DNA of 64,000 nt, taken from NCBI GenBank assembly GCA_963700635.1, contig CAVOYH010000002.1:96001-160000 (forward strand), read 5' to 3'. This document shows, one piece after another, positions 1 to 10,348 of the stretch. A program made the translations under genes and the position numbers. Source of the DNA: an uncultured Bacteroidota bacterium (GTDB lineage: Bacteria > Bacteroidota > Ignavibacteria > UBA10030 > UBA6906). Under the pieces are notes generated by a model. That model saw nothing but the letters and a program-made list of their open reading frames with translations. It was not told the origin of the DNA and searched no databases. Positions within the stretch are counted from its first letter, which is position 1. Each line of letters begins with the position of its first letter.

Positions 1-2
1 AA

Positions 3-530
3 TTTTTTGCCAAGTTCTGGCCGGTCCTCCTCGTCATATGGGGCGCATGGTTACTCCTGCGACCAAAGAGCAGTGGGAACGAGGAGATGCGTGCCAGCGG
101 ACCCCTCGCGGATGTCGGCATCGGCCAGCGGATCGAAGATTCATCAGCAGAAAAGACTAAAATGTCAAATGTCTTCGGAGATGTACAGACACGCATCACC
201 TCCACGTCGTTCTCCGGCGGATCACTTTCTACCGTATTCGGGGATGTTGAGGTCAACCTGACCGGGGCAGCGCTTGCCGCCGGAGAACAGGTGCTCAAAC
301 TGGATACGGTGATGGGCGAGATCGAGGTTCGTCTGCCGCGTGAGATGGCGTTCTCTGTCACGGGTGATGCCGTGCTCGGAAAAGTAAAGGCGGTAACGGA
401 AACGCGGAACGGATTCTTTCCGGCGTTGGACTATGCTTCGCCCGGGTACAAAGAAGCATCCCGGCGTATCCGCATTGATGCATCGGTTGTGTTCGGGGAG
501 ATTGTGATCACGTATGGGACGGGACAATAA
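3..530 (+). CDS. LiaF-like cell-wall-active antibiotic response membrane protein (DUF5668 TM + DUF2154), 5'-partial
   Basis: Frame is open from the window start (FFAKFWPVLLVIWGAWLLL). Repeated 'VFGDV/VMGEI/VFGEI' beta-helix motifs typical of LiaF C-termini. Confidence 0.8.
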   Translation, partial: FFAKFWPVLLVIWGAWLLLRPKSSGNEEMRASGPLADVGIGQRIEDSSAEKTKMSNVFGDVQTRITSTSFSGGSLSTVFGDVEVNLTGAALAAGEQVLKLDTVMGEIEVRLPREMAFSVTGDAVLGKVKAVTETRNGFFPALDYASPGYKEASRRIRIDASVVFGEIVITYGTGQ

Positions 531-531
531 T

Positions 532-828
532 ATGCCGATTGTTCGGTTTGTGCCGCTCGGAAAAGAGCGTGAGGTTTCACGGGGCATGAGTATCCTCTCC
601 GCAGCAAACCGGGCAGAAGTGCCGATCGGTCAGTCGTGCAGCGGCGACGGCACCTGCGGCTGGTGCCGCGTGTCGATCCTGGATGGTTTCGAACAGCTGG
701 TTCCGCCGGGAGCGCTGGAGCGGCGCCTGATAGAGGAAAAGGAATTTCTGGCCAATGAACGGGCGGCATGCCTGGCCAAAGTAAACGGCGACATCACCAT
801 CACAACAACATACTGGGGCCATGAGTAG
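532..828 (+). CDS. 2Fe-2S ferredoxin (plant/adrenodoxin type)
   Basis: CSGDGTCGWC (Cx5Cx2C) plus distal RAAC. Confidence 0.85.
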   Translation: MPIVRFVPLGKEREVSRGMSILSAANRAEVPIGQSCSGDGTCGWCRVSILDGFEQLVPPGALERRLIEEKEFLANERAACLAKVNGDITITTTYWGHE

Positions 829-1183
829 ATACAAACGACATATCTTCGTGTGCCTGAATGAGAGGCCGAAGGATCATCCGAAAGGGTGCTGCCTGACAAA
901 AGAATCAGCCGGAGTCCGTGATGCGCTGAAGGCTGAACTCGTCACACGCAAAATCGCAGGGACGGTACGCGTCAACAACGCCGGTTGTCTGGATGCCTGT
1001 GCGTTTGGTCCGTCACTGGTTATCTATCCCGAGGGCATCTGGTACGGCGGCGTCACCAGGGATGATGTGGCTGAGATCGTAGAGCGGACACTCATCAATG
1101 GCGAGGTGATCGAGCGCCTGCTGATCCGTGATGAACGGTATAGACCACCCGGACTGCAGCTTACCCCGCTCGATTCGCTGTGA
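821..1183 (+). CDS. Thioredoxin-like [2Fe-2S] ferredoxin
   Basis: HIFVC...GCC...GCLDACAFGP...YPEGIWY motif. Confidence 0.9.
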   Translation: MSRYKRHIFVCLNERPKDHPKGCCLTKESAGVRDALKAELVTRKIAGTVRVNNAGCLDACAFGPSLVIYPEGIWYGGVTRDDVAEIVERTLINGEVIERLLIRDERYRPPGLQLTPLDSL

Positions 1184-1207
1184 ACTATCGCGCGCGGACA
1201 ACACCGT

Positions 1208-1870
1208 ATGACACCAACCCGTAAATCTGGCAGGGAATCGCAGGAAGCCAGGCAGGAACGTGCGATCCGTATTCTGAAGACGCTTCGCAAGGAATTCCCG
1301 GAAGCACGTACTGCGTTGCTGCATCATTCTCCATTCCAACTCCTCATTGCGACCATCCTCTCCGCCCAGTGCACCGATCAGCGGGTGAATATGGTAACGC
1401 CCATTCTGTTTGACAGGTACAGGACTCCGTCTGACTTTGCTGCAGCCGATCCGGCGGAGCTGGAAGGAATTATTCGTTCTACCGGCTTCTTTCGGATGAA
1501 GACAAAAAACATCATAGCCTGCTCGATTGCTCTGGTGGAACGGTTTAACGGCGAGGTGCCTTCGCACCTGGATGCTCTGGTGACATTGCCCGGTGTGGGA
1601 AGAAAGACAGCCAATGTCGTGCTGGGTCAGGCCTTCGGGATTACGTCGGGCGTGGTGGTGGACACACATGTCCAGCGCCTGGCAAAAAGAATGGGATTCT
1701 CGAGCGAAAAGACTCCTGAGAAAATTGAACTGGATCTTATGGAAGTCTTCCCGAAACGAACCTGGGTCGAGATTTCATCAATACTGATTTTTCACGGCAG
1801 GCGGACCTGTCCCGCCCGGAAACCCAGGTGTGAAGTTTGTTCGATAGAGGAGCTGTGTCCGAAGTTGTAA
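1208..1870 (+). CDS. nth: Endonuclease III
   Basis: LSAQCTD, HhH LPGVGRKTA, VDTHV, C-terminal Cx6Cx2Cx5C Fe-S motif. Confidence 0.97.
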   Translation: MTPTRKSGRESQEARQERAIRILKTLRKEFPEARTALLHHSPFQLLIATILSAQCTDQRVNMVTPILFDRYRTPSDFAAADPAELEGIIRSTGFFRMKTKNIIACSIALVERFNGEVPSHLDALVTLPGVGRKTANVVLGQAFGITSGVVVDTHVQRLAKRMGFSSEKTPEKIELDLMEVFPKRTWVEISSILIFHGRRTCPARKPRCEVCSIEELCPKL

Positions 1871-2049
1871 GATGGACGCTTTCAATTTCGTCGGACTCTC
1901 CCAGCGGATTCTCGGGTGTTGTAATCTTCAACACTCTCGCCAATTTTGCATATATAGGAACAGGTTTCTCCCTCCTTCTCATTGCTGCGAAAAACGATGT
2001 TTGATCGGGGTTCACTCCCTCAACTTTTTGCCCGTTTTGGCCACCGGGG

Positions 2050-2066
2050 TTGGCACACCTTCTGCG
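2050..2066 (+). promoter_or_regulatory. Putative sigma54 (-24/-12) promoter of the hydrogenase operon
   Basis: TTGGCAC-ACCTT-CTGC with correct GG/GC spacing, ~55 nt upstream of the first ATG. Confidence 0.6.
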
Positions 2067-2119
2067 TAAGAAACGTTATCCCCACAATATCCCTCCTACT
2101 TTTCGTTAGAGGTACGTGA

Positions 2120-3241
2120 ATGTTTATTGTAGAACTCAACGATCTTCAGGGACTTATCGATGCGTTACAGACTGGCGGATTCACCGTAATCGGTCCGACG
2201 GTCAGGGATGGGGCTATCACCTTTGATACTCTCAGTTCCGTTGATGAATTGCCGCGTGGATGGACGGACGTGCAGGAGGCAGGCTCATACGGAATCCGGC
2301 AGAGCGGAGATGATGCCCTGTTCAGCTTTACCGTAGGTCCACATTCCTGGAAGAAGTTTCTGTTTCCTGCCCGCCACCGTCTCTTTGCCGCACGGAAAGA
2401 GGGGAAGGGATTCGAAGTGGATCCTGCCCCTGCCGGGGGGTCACCAAAATTTGCGTTCCTTGGCGTACGGTCCTGTGAACTTGCTGCGATACAGATCCAG
2501 GACAAAGTGTTCATGAGTGGCGCGTATGCCGATATGCACTACACAACCCTGCGGAGCACGGTCTGTATCATTGCCATTAATTGCGTGCACGTGGGAGGGA
2601 CATGCTTCTGCGACTCGATGGGTACAGGTCCGCATGCAAAAACGGGTTTTGACCTTGCCCTTACGGAGATACTGAGAGACGGTCGGCACTACTTTTTGGT
2701 ACAGGTCGGGAGTACTCAGGGAAAGGAATTGCTGGACGCGGTAACCCATCGTGAAGCAGCGCAGGAGGAAAAAGAGCACGCGGAGGAGGCATGGAAGTCT
2801 GCGGAAGACCGGATGGGGCGGGTCCTCGAGACGCGTGATCTCCCGCGTACGCTGCAGGAGAACTTCGAGAATCCGCGCTGGGATGATATCGCAAAACGGT
2901 GTCTCTCGTGCGCGAACTGTACCATGGTGTGTCCGACCTGTTTCTGTTCGACGGTGGAGGATGTGACTGATCTGGCAGGAGAACGGGCGGAGCGCTGGCG
3001 GCGATGGGATTCCTGCTTCACATCCGATTTTACCAGGGTGGCGGGAGGCAACATCCGGATGTCAACCCGGACGCGATACCGTCAATGGTTGATGCACAAG
3101 CTCTCTTATTGGGTGGAACAATTCGGGACGTATGGATGCGTCGGGTGCGGCCGGTGTATCACATGGTGTCCAGTGGGAATCGATATCACAGCAGAGGCAA
3201 CGGCCATCTGCGAACACAGCATGTCCACAACAAACGGATAG
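2120..3241 (+). CDS. hydB: Group 3b [NiFe] hydrogenase (sulfhydrogenase) beta subunit, 4Fe-4S dicluster (AsrA-like)
   Basis: CLSCANCTMVCPTCFC and GCVGCGRCITWCPVGI motifs; operon context. Confidence 0.92.
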   Translation: MFIVELNDLQGLIDALQTGGFTVIGPTVRDGAITFDTLSSVDELPRGWTDVQEAGSYGIRQSGDDALFSFTVGPHSWKKFLFPARHRLFAARKEGKGFEVDPAPAGGSPKFAFLGVRSCELAAIQIQDKVFMSGAYADMHYTTLRSTVCIIAINCVHVGGTCFCDSMGTGPHAKTGFDLALTEILRDGRHYFLVQVGSTQGKELLDAVTHREAAQEEKEHAEEAWKSAEDRMGRVLETRDLPRTLQENFENPRWDDIAKRCLSCANCTMVCPTCFCSTVEDVTDLAGERAERWRRWDSCFTSDFTRVAGGNIRMSTRTRYRQWLMHKLSYWVEQFGTYGCVGCGRCITWCPVGIDITAEATAICEHSMSTTNG

Positions 3242-3250
3242 GCATCGAGC

Positions 3251-3727
3251 ATGGAAAAAGAAGATCTCTCTGAAATCATGCGCCAGCATCCTTTCCTGGC
3301 CGGACTTTCGTTCGAGCATATGCAGACCCTGATAGGATGTGCGTCCAACGTGCGGTTTGCTGACGACACGACCATCATACACGAGGGCCAGATCGCGAAC
3401 AAGTTTTATCTCATTCGGAGTGGTCGTATCGCGCTCCAGATGGATGTTCCTGGGAAAGAGGCGCTCCGCATCCAAACTGTCGGTCCCGGCGAGATTCTGG
3501 GCTGGTCCTGGCTGATATATCCGTTCCGGTGGCATTTTAGCGGCATTGTTGTGCTGGAAACCCGCGCCATCGCTCTGGACGGTGAATGTTTGCGGAACAA
3601 ATGTGAGAAGGACAGCGCCTTCGGTTATGAGATGCTCAAGCGCCTCTCGCAGGTGATGGAACGGCGGCTCGACGCGACCCGCCTTCAGTTGATCGATCTG
3701 TATGACGTCACCTCGGGCGGAGTCTGA
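3251..3727 (+). CDS. Stand-alone cyclic-nucleotide-binding (CAP_ED) domain protein
   Basis: IIHEGQ..FYLIRSGRI..GPGEILG fold signature; 158 aa, no HTH. Confidence 0.88.
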   Translation: MEKEDLSEIMRQHPFLAGLSFEHMQTLIGCASNVRFADDTTIIHEGQIANKFYLIRSGRIALQMDVPGKEALRIQTVGPGEILGWSWLIYPFRWHFSGIVVLETRAIALDGECLRNKCEKDSAFGYEMLKRLSQVMERRLDATRLQLIDLYDVTSGGV

Positions 3728-3729
3728 CG

Positions 3730-4590
3730 ATGAGCCGAAAGAACCAGGCCCTCGCGGCGGATGGAATGGATCCCATGACCACGCACCCCGTCATGATCCG
3801 CAAGATTATCTGGGAAAACGACGACACGTTCACCTTGACCCTGGATATGAGCGGATTTTCCGGAGGATTCCGTTTTCTTCCCGGACAGTTCAACATGGTC
3901 TATGTGTACGGCGTCGGGGAGGCGGCGATCTCCATCAGCTCTGACCCCGCCCGTCCGGGAACGCTTGACCACACGATTCACCGTGTTGGACTCGTGACGA
4001 CGGCGCTTGCCCAGAAGAAACGCGGCGATATCATCGGCATACGCGGACCATACGGATCAAGCTGGCCCATCGATGTCGCAGCCCGCAAGGACGTGTGCAT
4101 CACCTCGGGAGGGATCGGACTCGCGCCCCTCCGGCCGGTGATCTACTCCCTCATCAAAAAACGTGAAGATTACGGTCGAATCATCGTCCTCTACGGAGGC
4201 AGGAGTCCACTCGATCTCCTCTACCGGGTGGAACTCGAAAAATGGGCCAACGAGTACAAGGTGGAAGTTCTTGTCACCGTCGACCGGGGTGATTCATCCT
4301 GGAAGGGGCATATCGGCGTGGTGACGTCGCTTTTCCAATATATTAAGCTTGATGCCCGGGAAACGATCACGTATCTGTGCGGTCCGGAAATCATGATGAA
4401 ATACACGATCGACGAACTGGAACGGCGCGGTGTTCCGCAGGATCAGACGTACCTTTCGATGGAGCGGAATATGAAATGTGCCGTCGGATTCTGCGGTCAT
4501 TGCCAGTACGGTCCGACGTTTATCTGCAAAGAGGGTGCCGTGTATCCGCTTCCCCGGATACGCCATCTTCTGGACAGGAAGGAACTCTGA
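3730..4590 (+). CDS. hydG: Group 3b hydrogenase gamma subunit (FAD/NAD(P)-binding, 2Fe-2S)
   Basis: [35 protein letters not shown]. Confidence 0.92.
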   Translation: MSRKNQALAADGMDPMTTHPVMIRKIIWENDDTFTLTLDMSGFSGGFRFLPGQFNMVYVYGVGEAAISISSDPARPGTLDHTIHRVGLVTTALAQKKRGDIIGIRGPYGSSWPIDVAARKDVCITSGGIGLAPLRPVIYSLIKKREDYGRIIVLYGGRSPLDLLYRVELEKWANEYKVEVLVTVDRGDSSWKGHIGVVTSLFQYIKLDARETITYLCGPEIMMKYTIDELERRGVPQDQTYLSMERNMKCAVGFCGHCQYGPTFICKEGAVYPLPRIRHLLDRKEL

Positions 4591-4591
4591 G

Positions 4592-5368
4592 ATGCCAGCG
4601 AAAAGACCGAAGCTCGCCGTATTCAAGTTCGCATCATGTGACGGATGCCAGCTTTCTCTTCTCGATTGTGAAGATGAACTGCTCGCCGTGGCCGGTGCGG
4701 TGGATATAGCAAATTTTCCGGAAGCATCACGCCGGGTGACAAAAGGCCCGTACGATATCGGACTGGTGGAGGGCAGTATCACTACCCCCCATGATGTGGA
4801 ACGGATCCGGGATATCAGGAAGTCCTGCAAGGTGCTCATCACCATAGGCGCCTGTGCAACCGCCGGTGGTATTCAGGCGTTACGAAACTGGAAGGATGTA
4901 AAAGAGTTCACCCGCCTTGTGTACGCCTCTCCCGAGTACATTTCCACACTGGACCGGTCGATGCCTGTGGGGTCGTACGTCCATGTCGATTTGGAACTCA
5001 GGGGATGCCCCATTAACAAATACCAGCTGCTCGAAGTGCTGAATGCAGCTCTCAACAACCGCAAACCGAACATCCCGACACACAGCGTTTGCATCGAGTG
5101 CAAACTGCGCGGAACCGTGTGCGTGATGGTCGCAAAGCAGATTGCCTGTCTCGGCCCGGTGACGCAGGTGGGCTGCGGAGCGATTTGCCCGGCGTATGAT
5201 CGTGGTTGTTATGGTTGTTTCGGGCCGATGGAAAATCCGAACCCTCCGGGCCTCAGCAAACAGCTCCATGTGCTGGGGAAAGACCGCGATGAGATCATGA
5301 TGATGTACCGTGGCTTTAACGCCTACGCGGAAGCCTTCCGGAAAGAGAGTGAAGTCCATGAAAAATAG
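4592..5368 (+). CDS. hydD: Group 3b hydrogenase small (delta) subunit
   Basis: [20 protein letters not shown]-terminal Cys clusters; start reassigned to ATG 4592. Confidence 0.93.
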   Translation: MPAKRPKLAVFKFASCDGCQLSLLDCEDELLAVAGAVDIANFPEASRRVTKGPYDIGLVEGSITTPHDVERIRDIRKSCKVLITIGACATAGGIQALRNWKDVKEFTRLVYASPEYISTLDRSMPVGSYVHVDLELRGCPINKYQLLEVLNAALNNRKPNIPTHSVCIECKLRGTVCVMVAKQIACLGPVTQVGCGAICPAYDRGCYGCFGPMENPNPPGLSKQLHVLGKDRDEIMMMYRGFNAYAEAFRKESEVHEK

Positions 5369-6641
5369 AGTCATCAAGGTTGACACCCTGGCCCGGGTCG
5401 AAGGTGAGGGGGGTATATACATCAAGATCGCCGACGGGAAGATTACGGATACAAAAGTACGCATCTATGAACCACCCCGGTTTTTCGAGGCATTTATGCG
5501 CGGCCGCAGTTATGCTGAAGCCCCTGATATCACGGCGCGTATCTGCGGCATCTGTCCGGTCGCCTACCAGATGAGTTCGGTGCATGCCATGGAAGATGCC
5601 TTCGGGGTTTCGGTGGATGGCCAGCTCCGCGAATTACGCCGTCTGCTCTATTGCGGCGAATGGATCGAAAGCCATGTCCTGCATATCTACATGCTCCATG
5701 CCCCGGATTTCCTCGGGTATGAAGATGCGCTGCTTCTGGCGAAAGACAACCCTGCAGTCGTAAAAGATGCCCTCCGGATGAAAAAGATCGGGAATGACAT
5801 CGTGAACGTGCTCGGCGGACGCGAAATCCACCCTATCAATGTGAAAGTGGGCGGATTTTACCGGGTTCCGGAGAAACGAGAACTTCAGGGACTGGTGGAC
5901 GAGCTGAAATGGGGGAGGGACAAGGCAATAGATACCGCCAAGCTGACGTCAACGTTTGAATTTCCCGACCTCGAAGTGGACTACGAATTTGTTTCGCTCA
6001 GCCATCCGTCCGAATATCCCATGCTCGGCGACCGCTTTGTCTCGACCCGGGGTCTTGATATTGCGGTGCGGGAGTACGAATTCCATTTCGAGGAACGCCA
6101 TATCGGGCACTCCAACGCGCTCCATTCAATCCTGAAGGGATCCGGACCGTACCACGTCGGTCCGCTGGCACGGTACAACCTTAATGTTGACAAGCTTACA
6201 CCTCTTGCGCGGGAAGTTGCACGCGATGTGAACATTTTGCCGCCAGTTCACAACCCGTTCAAGAGTATCATCGTACGCAGCATTGAAACCATCTATGCCT
6301 TTGATCTCGCACTTCAGATTATTGACGAATATGAACGGCCGGACACGCCTTCCATTCCGGTGTCGCCTGTCCCGGGAATCGGATTCGGCGCCAGCGAGGC
6401 CCCGCGGGGAACCCTGTATCACCGCTACCGCCTGGATGATGAGGGGCTGATCACCGACGCCAAGATCGTCCCCCCGACAGCCCAGAATCTCCCCACTATA
6501 GAAGCGGACCTCCGGAAGTTCGTGACGGCCAATATTGACATGGATCGGGAACAGCTCACGTGGAAGGTGGAACAGGCTGTGCGCAATTATGATCCCTGCA
6601 TCTCCTGCGCCACACACTTCGTCAGGATTGAATGGACATAA
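5358..6641 (+). CDS. hydA: Group 3b [NiFe] hydrogenase large (alpha) subunit
   Basis: RVEGEG, L1 [11 protein letters not shown]2 [10 protein letters not shown] followed by a short cleavable tail. Confidence 0.96.
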   Translation: MKNRVIKVDTLARVEGEGGIYIKIADGKITDTKVRIYEPPRFFEAFMRGRSYAEAPDITARICGICPVAYQMSSVHAMEDAFGVSVDGQLRELRRLLYCGEWIESHVLHIYMLHAPDFLGYEDALLLAKDNPAVVKDALRMKKIGNDIVNVLGGREIHPINVKVGGFYRVPEKRELQGLVDELKWGRDKAIDTAKLTSTFEFPDLEVDYEFVSLSHPSEYPMLGDRFVSTRGLDIAVREYEFHFEERHIGHSNALHSILKGSGPYHVGPLARYNLNVDKLTPLAREVARDVNILPPVHNPFKSIIVRSIETIYAFDLALQIIDEYERPDTPSIPVSPVPGIGFGASEAPRGTLYHRYRLDDEGLITDAKIVPPTAQNLPTIEADLRKFVTANIDMDREQLTWKVEQAVRNYDPCISCATHFVRIEWT

Positions 6642-7150
6642 CGGGACCCATACTGCTTATCGGCGTGGGAAACGAGTACCGCACCGATGACGGGCTTGGC
6701 ATTCTGGCTGCACGGGAGATCCGGAGGCGAAACTACGCCGGCGTGTGTGTGCTCGAAGCAAGCGGTGAAGGGGCCGCTCTTCTGGAATCCTGGAAAGGGT
6801 ACGACCGCGTGCTGATTGTGGACGCGATTTGCTCCGGCGCCACCAAGGGGACGGTGCATCGTATCGACCTGGCGACCAAGAATATTAAGCGCGGGTTCCT
6901 CTCTCACTCCAGCCATAGTTTTGGCGTGGGTGAGGCGGTCGAGATGGCTCGACAGCTTCATCAGCTCCCGCCCATTCTCCTTCTGTATGGTATCGAAGGA
7001 TGCCAGTTTGATGCCGGGTCCGGACTGACAAACGACGTGGTCCGCAGCATCCCGCGATTACTCGGACTCATTGAAGCCGACATCGTCCGGCTTGACACAC
7101 GTTCACTTCCATCAACGGAGAGATCTCATGACACGGCAGGAAGCATTTGA
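6632..7150 (+). CDS. Hydrogenase maturation protease
   Basis: [20 protein letters not shown] motifs; follows the large subunit. Confidence 0.92.
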   Translation: MDITGPILLIGVGNEYRTDDGLGILAAREIRRRNYAGVCVLEASGEGAALLESWKGYDRVLIVDAICSGATKGTVHRIDLATKNIKRGFLSHSSHSFGVGEAVEMARQLHQLPPILLLYGIEGCQFDAGSGLTNDVVRSIPRLLGLIEADIVRLDTRSLPSTERSHDTAGSI

Positions 7151-7676
7151 TATTCTCTGCACCTACACGAAGACCGATCCTTTGAGGAAACACGCGCTTG
7201 CCGTTGAGGCGGCAATGGCGGCCTACGCGCAGAAGTTGGGGGAGGATCCGGAGCTCTGGAGTGTTGTGGGACTGCTTCACGATTTTGACTATGAAATGTA
7301 CCCGCAATACCCTGATCATCCTGTAAAAGGCTCAGAAATCCTCAAAGAAAAGGGTCTGGACGAGGCTGCCCGGCGGGTTATCATGTCGCATGTGCCCGAC
7401 ACGAACATTCCGCGTGACACACCCATGGCGAAGGTGCTCTTTGCGTGCGATGAACTCTGCGGATTTATCATGGCGGCAGCAGTGATCCGGCCCAACAAGA
7501 TCGCGGACCTCGAAGTCCCCTCCGTCAAGAAAAAACTCAAAGACAAGGCCTTCGCGCGGGCGGTGAGCCGGGAGGATATCACAAACGGTGCGGCAGAGCT
7601 TGGTGTCCCGCTTGAGGAACACATCGGGTTTGTTATCGCTGCCATGAAGGCCCGGGCGGGAGATCTGGGGTTATAA
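7128..7676 (+). CDS. HDIG/HD-domain metal-dependent phosphohydrolase
   Basis: KHALAVEAAM, GLLHDFDYE, ACDELCG, KKKLKDKAFAR. Confidence 0.88.
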   Translation: MTRQEAFDILCTYTKTDPLRKHALAVEAAMAAYAQKLGEDPELWSVVGLLHDFDYEMYPQYPDHPVKGSEILKEKGLDEAARRVIMSHVPDTNIPRDTPMAKVLFACDELCGFIMAAAVIRPNKIADLEVPSVKKKLKDKAFARAVSREDITNGAAELGVPLEEHIGFVIAAMKARAGDLGL

Positions 7677-7694
7677 ACGGCAGGATTTTCCGGG

Positions 7695-8456
7695 TTACTT
7701 GTCCATCCACTTCTTAAACGCCGCAGCACGCTCCACACTCACAAGCGCCTCCACCCCGTTGGGTTCTCCGGGATGGAGTTCAATCTTGATGCGCGAACGG
7801 GAATACGGAATCATCGTCCGTATCGCATCAAAACTTATCAGCATTTTTCTGTTGATACGAAAGAACTTCTCCGGATCAAGCATCGACTCCAGGGCATCCA
7901 GCGAACAATCAACCGGGTACGTATGGTTCTGCACAGTCGTGAGGAACACCGCCTTTTCTAAAGCGTAAAAGAATGCGACCTCCTCTGTCTGAACCTTCCT
8001 GATCCGTTCTCCGAACTGGATCAGAAACCGCTTCTTGTATTCCACCTGACGGGTGCGCATCACGCTGACCAGCTCGTCTATATCGGGCCGGAGGGAGTGT
8101 CTGAGTCCCTTGAGTTTTTCCAGACTTCCCCGCAACTCTTCCTTCCGGATCGGCTTCAGGAGATAGTCCACGCTGTTCACCTTGAACGCCCGGATGGCGT
8201 ACTGGTCGTATGCCGTGGTAAAAATGATCGGACTCTCCACACGGACCGATTCGAAGATGGAGAAACTCAGGCCGTCGGAAAGCTGAATGTCCAGGAAAAT
8301 GAGATCGGGCCGGTTCTCTCTGAGCCAGCTGACCGCCGAGGAGACCGAGTCAAGTCGGGCCACAACATCAAGTGACGGATCAACGTCTTTCAGGAGACTC
8401 TCGAGCCGCTCTGCTGCCAGCGGCTCATCTTCAATAATAACTGCCTTCATGTTCAT
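7695..8456 (-). CDS. LytTR family response regulator
   Basis: REC domain (IEDE, FLDIQL, FTTAYD, YLLKP) plus LytTR (FFRINR). Confidence 0.95.
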   Translation of the reverse strand: MNMKAVIIEDEPLAAERLESLLKDVDPSLDVVARLDSVSSAVSWLRENRPDLIFLDIQLSDGLSFSIFESVRVESPIIFTTAYDQYAIRAFKVNSVDYLLKPIRKEELRGSLEKLKGLRHSLRPDIDELVSVMRTRQVEYKKRFLIQFGERIRKVQTEEVAFFYALEKAVFLTTVQNHTYPVDCSLDALESMLDPEKFFRINRKMLISFDAIRTMIPYSRSRIKIELHPGEPNGVEALVSVERAAAFKKWMDK

Positions 8457-9493
8457 TCCACCGTTAACAAAGGAAGTTCAGCTACAAATTCGTCGTTCAG
8501 CATGGTGAACCGCGGTTCTCTGCCGCCCAGATGTGCATACCGCCGGCGGAGATTTTCCAACCCGACTCCCCGTGACTCCACGCCATGAGCTTTTCGCTGG
8601 AGGTTGTTGCGTACAACGAGCCTGCCGTCATCAGAGCCGATGCGGACCCGGAGGGGCGCCTCTACGGAAACCCGGTTGTGTTTGAAAGCGTTTTCCAGAA
8701 CCGTCTGAAGTGCAAGGGGGGGGATGTGCCGGCCCAGCAACTGTGTATCCACCTCGATCTCGATCTGCATTGACTGTTCAAACCGGATGGTCTGCAGATA
8801 GAGGTACGACCGCGCAAAATCAAGTTCACGGTGCAGTTCAACAACAGGCAAATCGATCACATCCAGAATATACCGGTATACTGCAGCAAATTCATCAACA
8901 AAGTGCTGGGCGCGGGCTTGATCCTTCTGGATGAGAGAAGAGAGAACATTCAGACTGTTAAAAAGAAAATGCGGGTTCAGCTGCGATTTGAGAACCTCGA
9001 ACCGGATATCGGCGTTTTCTCTCTCAAGATGTTCTGCGCGCTGACGCTCATCCTGGGTGCGCCGATATGCCATCATGGCTTCCAGGCCGGCGGTGACGAT
9101 GATGTTCAGAACCCCCACGATGAGCGCATTATTGATGACGTTCTTCACGAGACCGTCATGGAACGGAGCGATAAAGTGGACCGCCACCGTAAGCAATGCT
9201 CCAAGGATTATTCCGATCACCGCCGCTGCCGGGACCTCCAGCACGAGGCGCAAGGCAAATGATGACTCCCATCTGACATGCCTGTCAAACGTACGAAGTG
9301 CGATTCCATCGAGTGCAAAAAGTGCGATCGCCACGGGTGTGCCCGCAAGAGTGCCAAAGATCAGGCGGGTGAAAAATTCCGGAAGTCCGCCAAGGGGGAC
9401 ATATCCGGTGGCATTGTTGTAGAGGATAACAAGAGTCTCTACGACGGCAGTGAGGGCAATGATGAAGACGATGGTATTTCGATTGAGTTTCAT
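8453..9493 (-). CDS. LytS-type sensor histidine kinase
   Basis: TM helices, LKSQLNPHFLFNSLN, ENAFKH, GVGLEN. Confidence 0.95.
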   Translation of the reverse strand: MKLNRNTIVFIIALTAVVETLVILYNNATGYVPLGGLPEFFTRLIFGTLAGTPVAIALFALDGIALRTFDRHVRWESSFALRLVLEVPAAAVIGIILGALLTVAVHFIAPFHDGLVKNVINNALIVGVLNIIVTAGLEAMMAYRRTQDERQRAEHLERENADIRFEVLKSQLNPHFLFNSLNVLSSLIQKDQARAQHFVDEFAAVYRYILDVIDLPVVELHRELDFARSYLYLQTIRFEQSMQIEIEVDTQLLGRHIPPLALQTVLENAFKHNRVSVEAPLRVRIGSDDGRLVVRNNLQRKAHGVESRGVGLENLRRRYAHLGGREPRFTMLNDEFVAELPLLTVE

Positions 9494-9539
9494 AGTTCAT
9501 CAAATGTCGGGAAAAAATTCCTGAAAAACCGTTCTCCTC

Positions 9540-10157
9540 TCAGAACAGATCCCAGCTTGCCGTAAGACCGACATTTCCATTCCGCAACAATGATTCTGAT
9601 GTGCTCATGAGCCGGATGGGTGATGTGCTTCTATAGCTTGCCGTAAGGCCAAGCCAGAAATTCGTCCCGAGACGGTACTGGATGGAAACGGCCGGTTCGA
9701 TAACAGCAAATGTGGTCTCATCAATCTTTTCTTCGGTCCACACCTTTTCCTGCCGGTACTCATTGTCATATTGGTAATAGATTGTGCCCTGTCCCATCAG
9801 AAGGGAAACCGACCCCTTGAAGTCGGTGCCGAATGAGAAGAACCGTTCCGCATAGATCCCACCATACGCCGCGTACAGGTGGTAGGTTCCGTCGCTGACG
9901 AGTGCGGAGAGTTTCTTGTCAAAGTACAGCCCGGACCCACCGAGTCCGAATGCCCATGTGTCGTCAAGTGTTATTCCCGCCCGGCCCTCCAGGAACCCGG
10001 CGGTCTGCCTGTCCAGCGTGGTGTACTTGCCGGCTATGGTTATTGTGCCGCCGATGTTTTTGTCCCCGATCCCGGGGCCGGACTGACCGGTGGATTCCTG
10101 TGCGAGTGCAGAGAACGTCATCGCCGTGGCGAGTGTGAGAGCGAGCAGACGGTTCAT
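9540..10157 (-). CDS. Small outer-membrane beta-barrel protein
   Basis: Signal peptide, amphipathic strands, terminal aromatic (WDLF). Confidence 0.7.
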   Translation of the reverse strand: MNRLLALTLATAMTFSALAQESTGQSGPGIGDKNIGGTITIAGKYTTLDRQTAGFLEGRAGITLDDTWAFGLGGSGLYFDKKLSALVSDGTYHLYAAYGGIYAERFFSFGTDFKGSVSLLMGQGTIYYQYDNEYRQEKVWTEEKIDETTFAVIEPAVSIQYRLGTNFWLGLTASYRSTSPIRLMSTSESLLRNGNVGLTASWDLF

Positions 10158-10234
10158 GGCTTGTTGTTTTCCTTTCAGAGTGTCTGTTGTGATTGTAGTG
10201 TCCGTGGTGTACGGGTGTTCGAATAACTGAACAC

Positions 10235-10299
10235 AAGATACAGCACGGGATCGTCCAGACGAAATGAAAGAGGATGAGCCGGTATTGCGGAGGGACGAA
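10235..10299 (-). promoter_or_regulatory. Putative LytTR-activated promoter with direct repeats
   Basis: Minus-strand TTCGTC-17-TATCTT (10263..10235). Upstream YTCRTCC direct repeat at 10272-10278 and 10293-10299, 21-bp period. Confidence 0.45.
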
Positions 10300-10335
10300 C
10301 CTGCGGGATTCCGGATAAAGACGAATCCCGCAGGT
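10299..10335 (-). terminator. 13-bp inverted repeat, likely terminator of the CTD-fragment gene
   Basis: ACCTGCGGGATTC...GAATCCCGCAGGT just downstream of the stop at 10349. Confidence 0.6.
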
Positions 10336-10348
10336 CCGTGTGAAAGGC

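Noticed and set aside
2000-2016. FNR box upstream of the hydrogenase
   Set aside because: Only the TTGAT half-site is present; the second half does not match ATCAA.
5358-6641. [NiFeSe] hydrogenase
   Set aside because: The L2 motif is DPCISC encoded by TGC codons, with no in-frame TGA.
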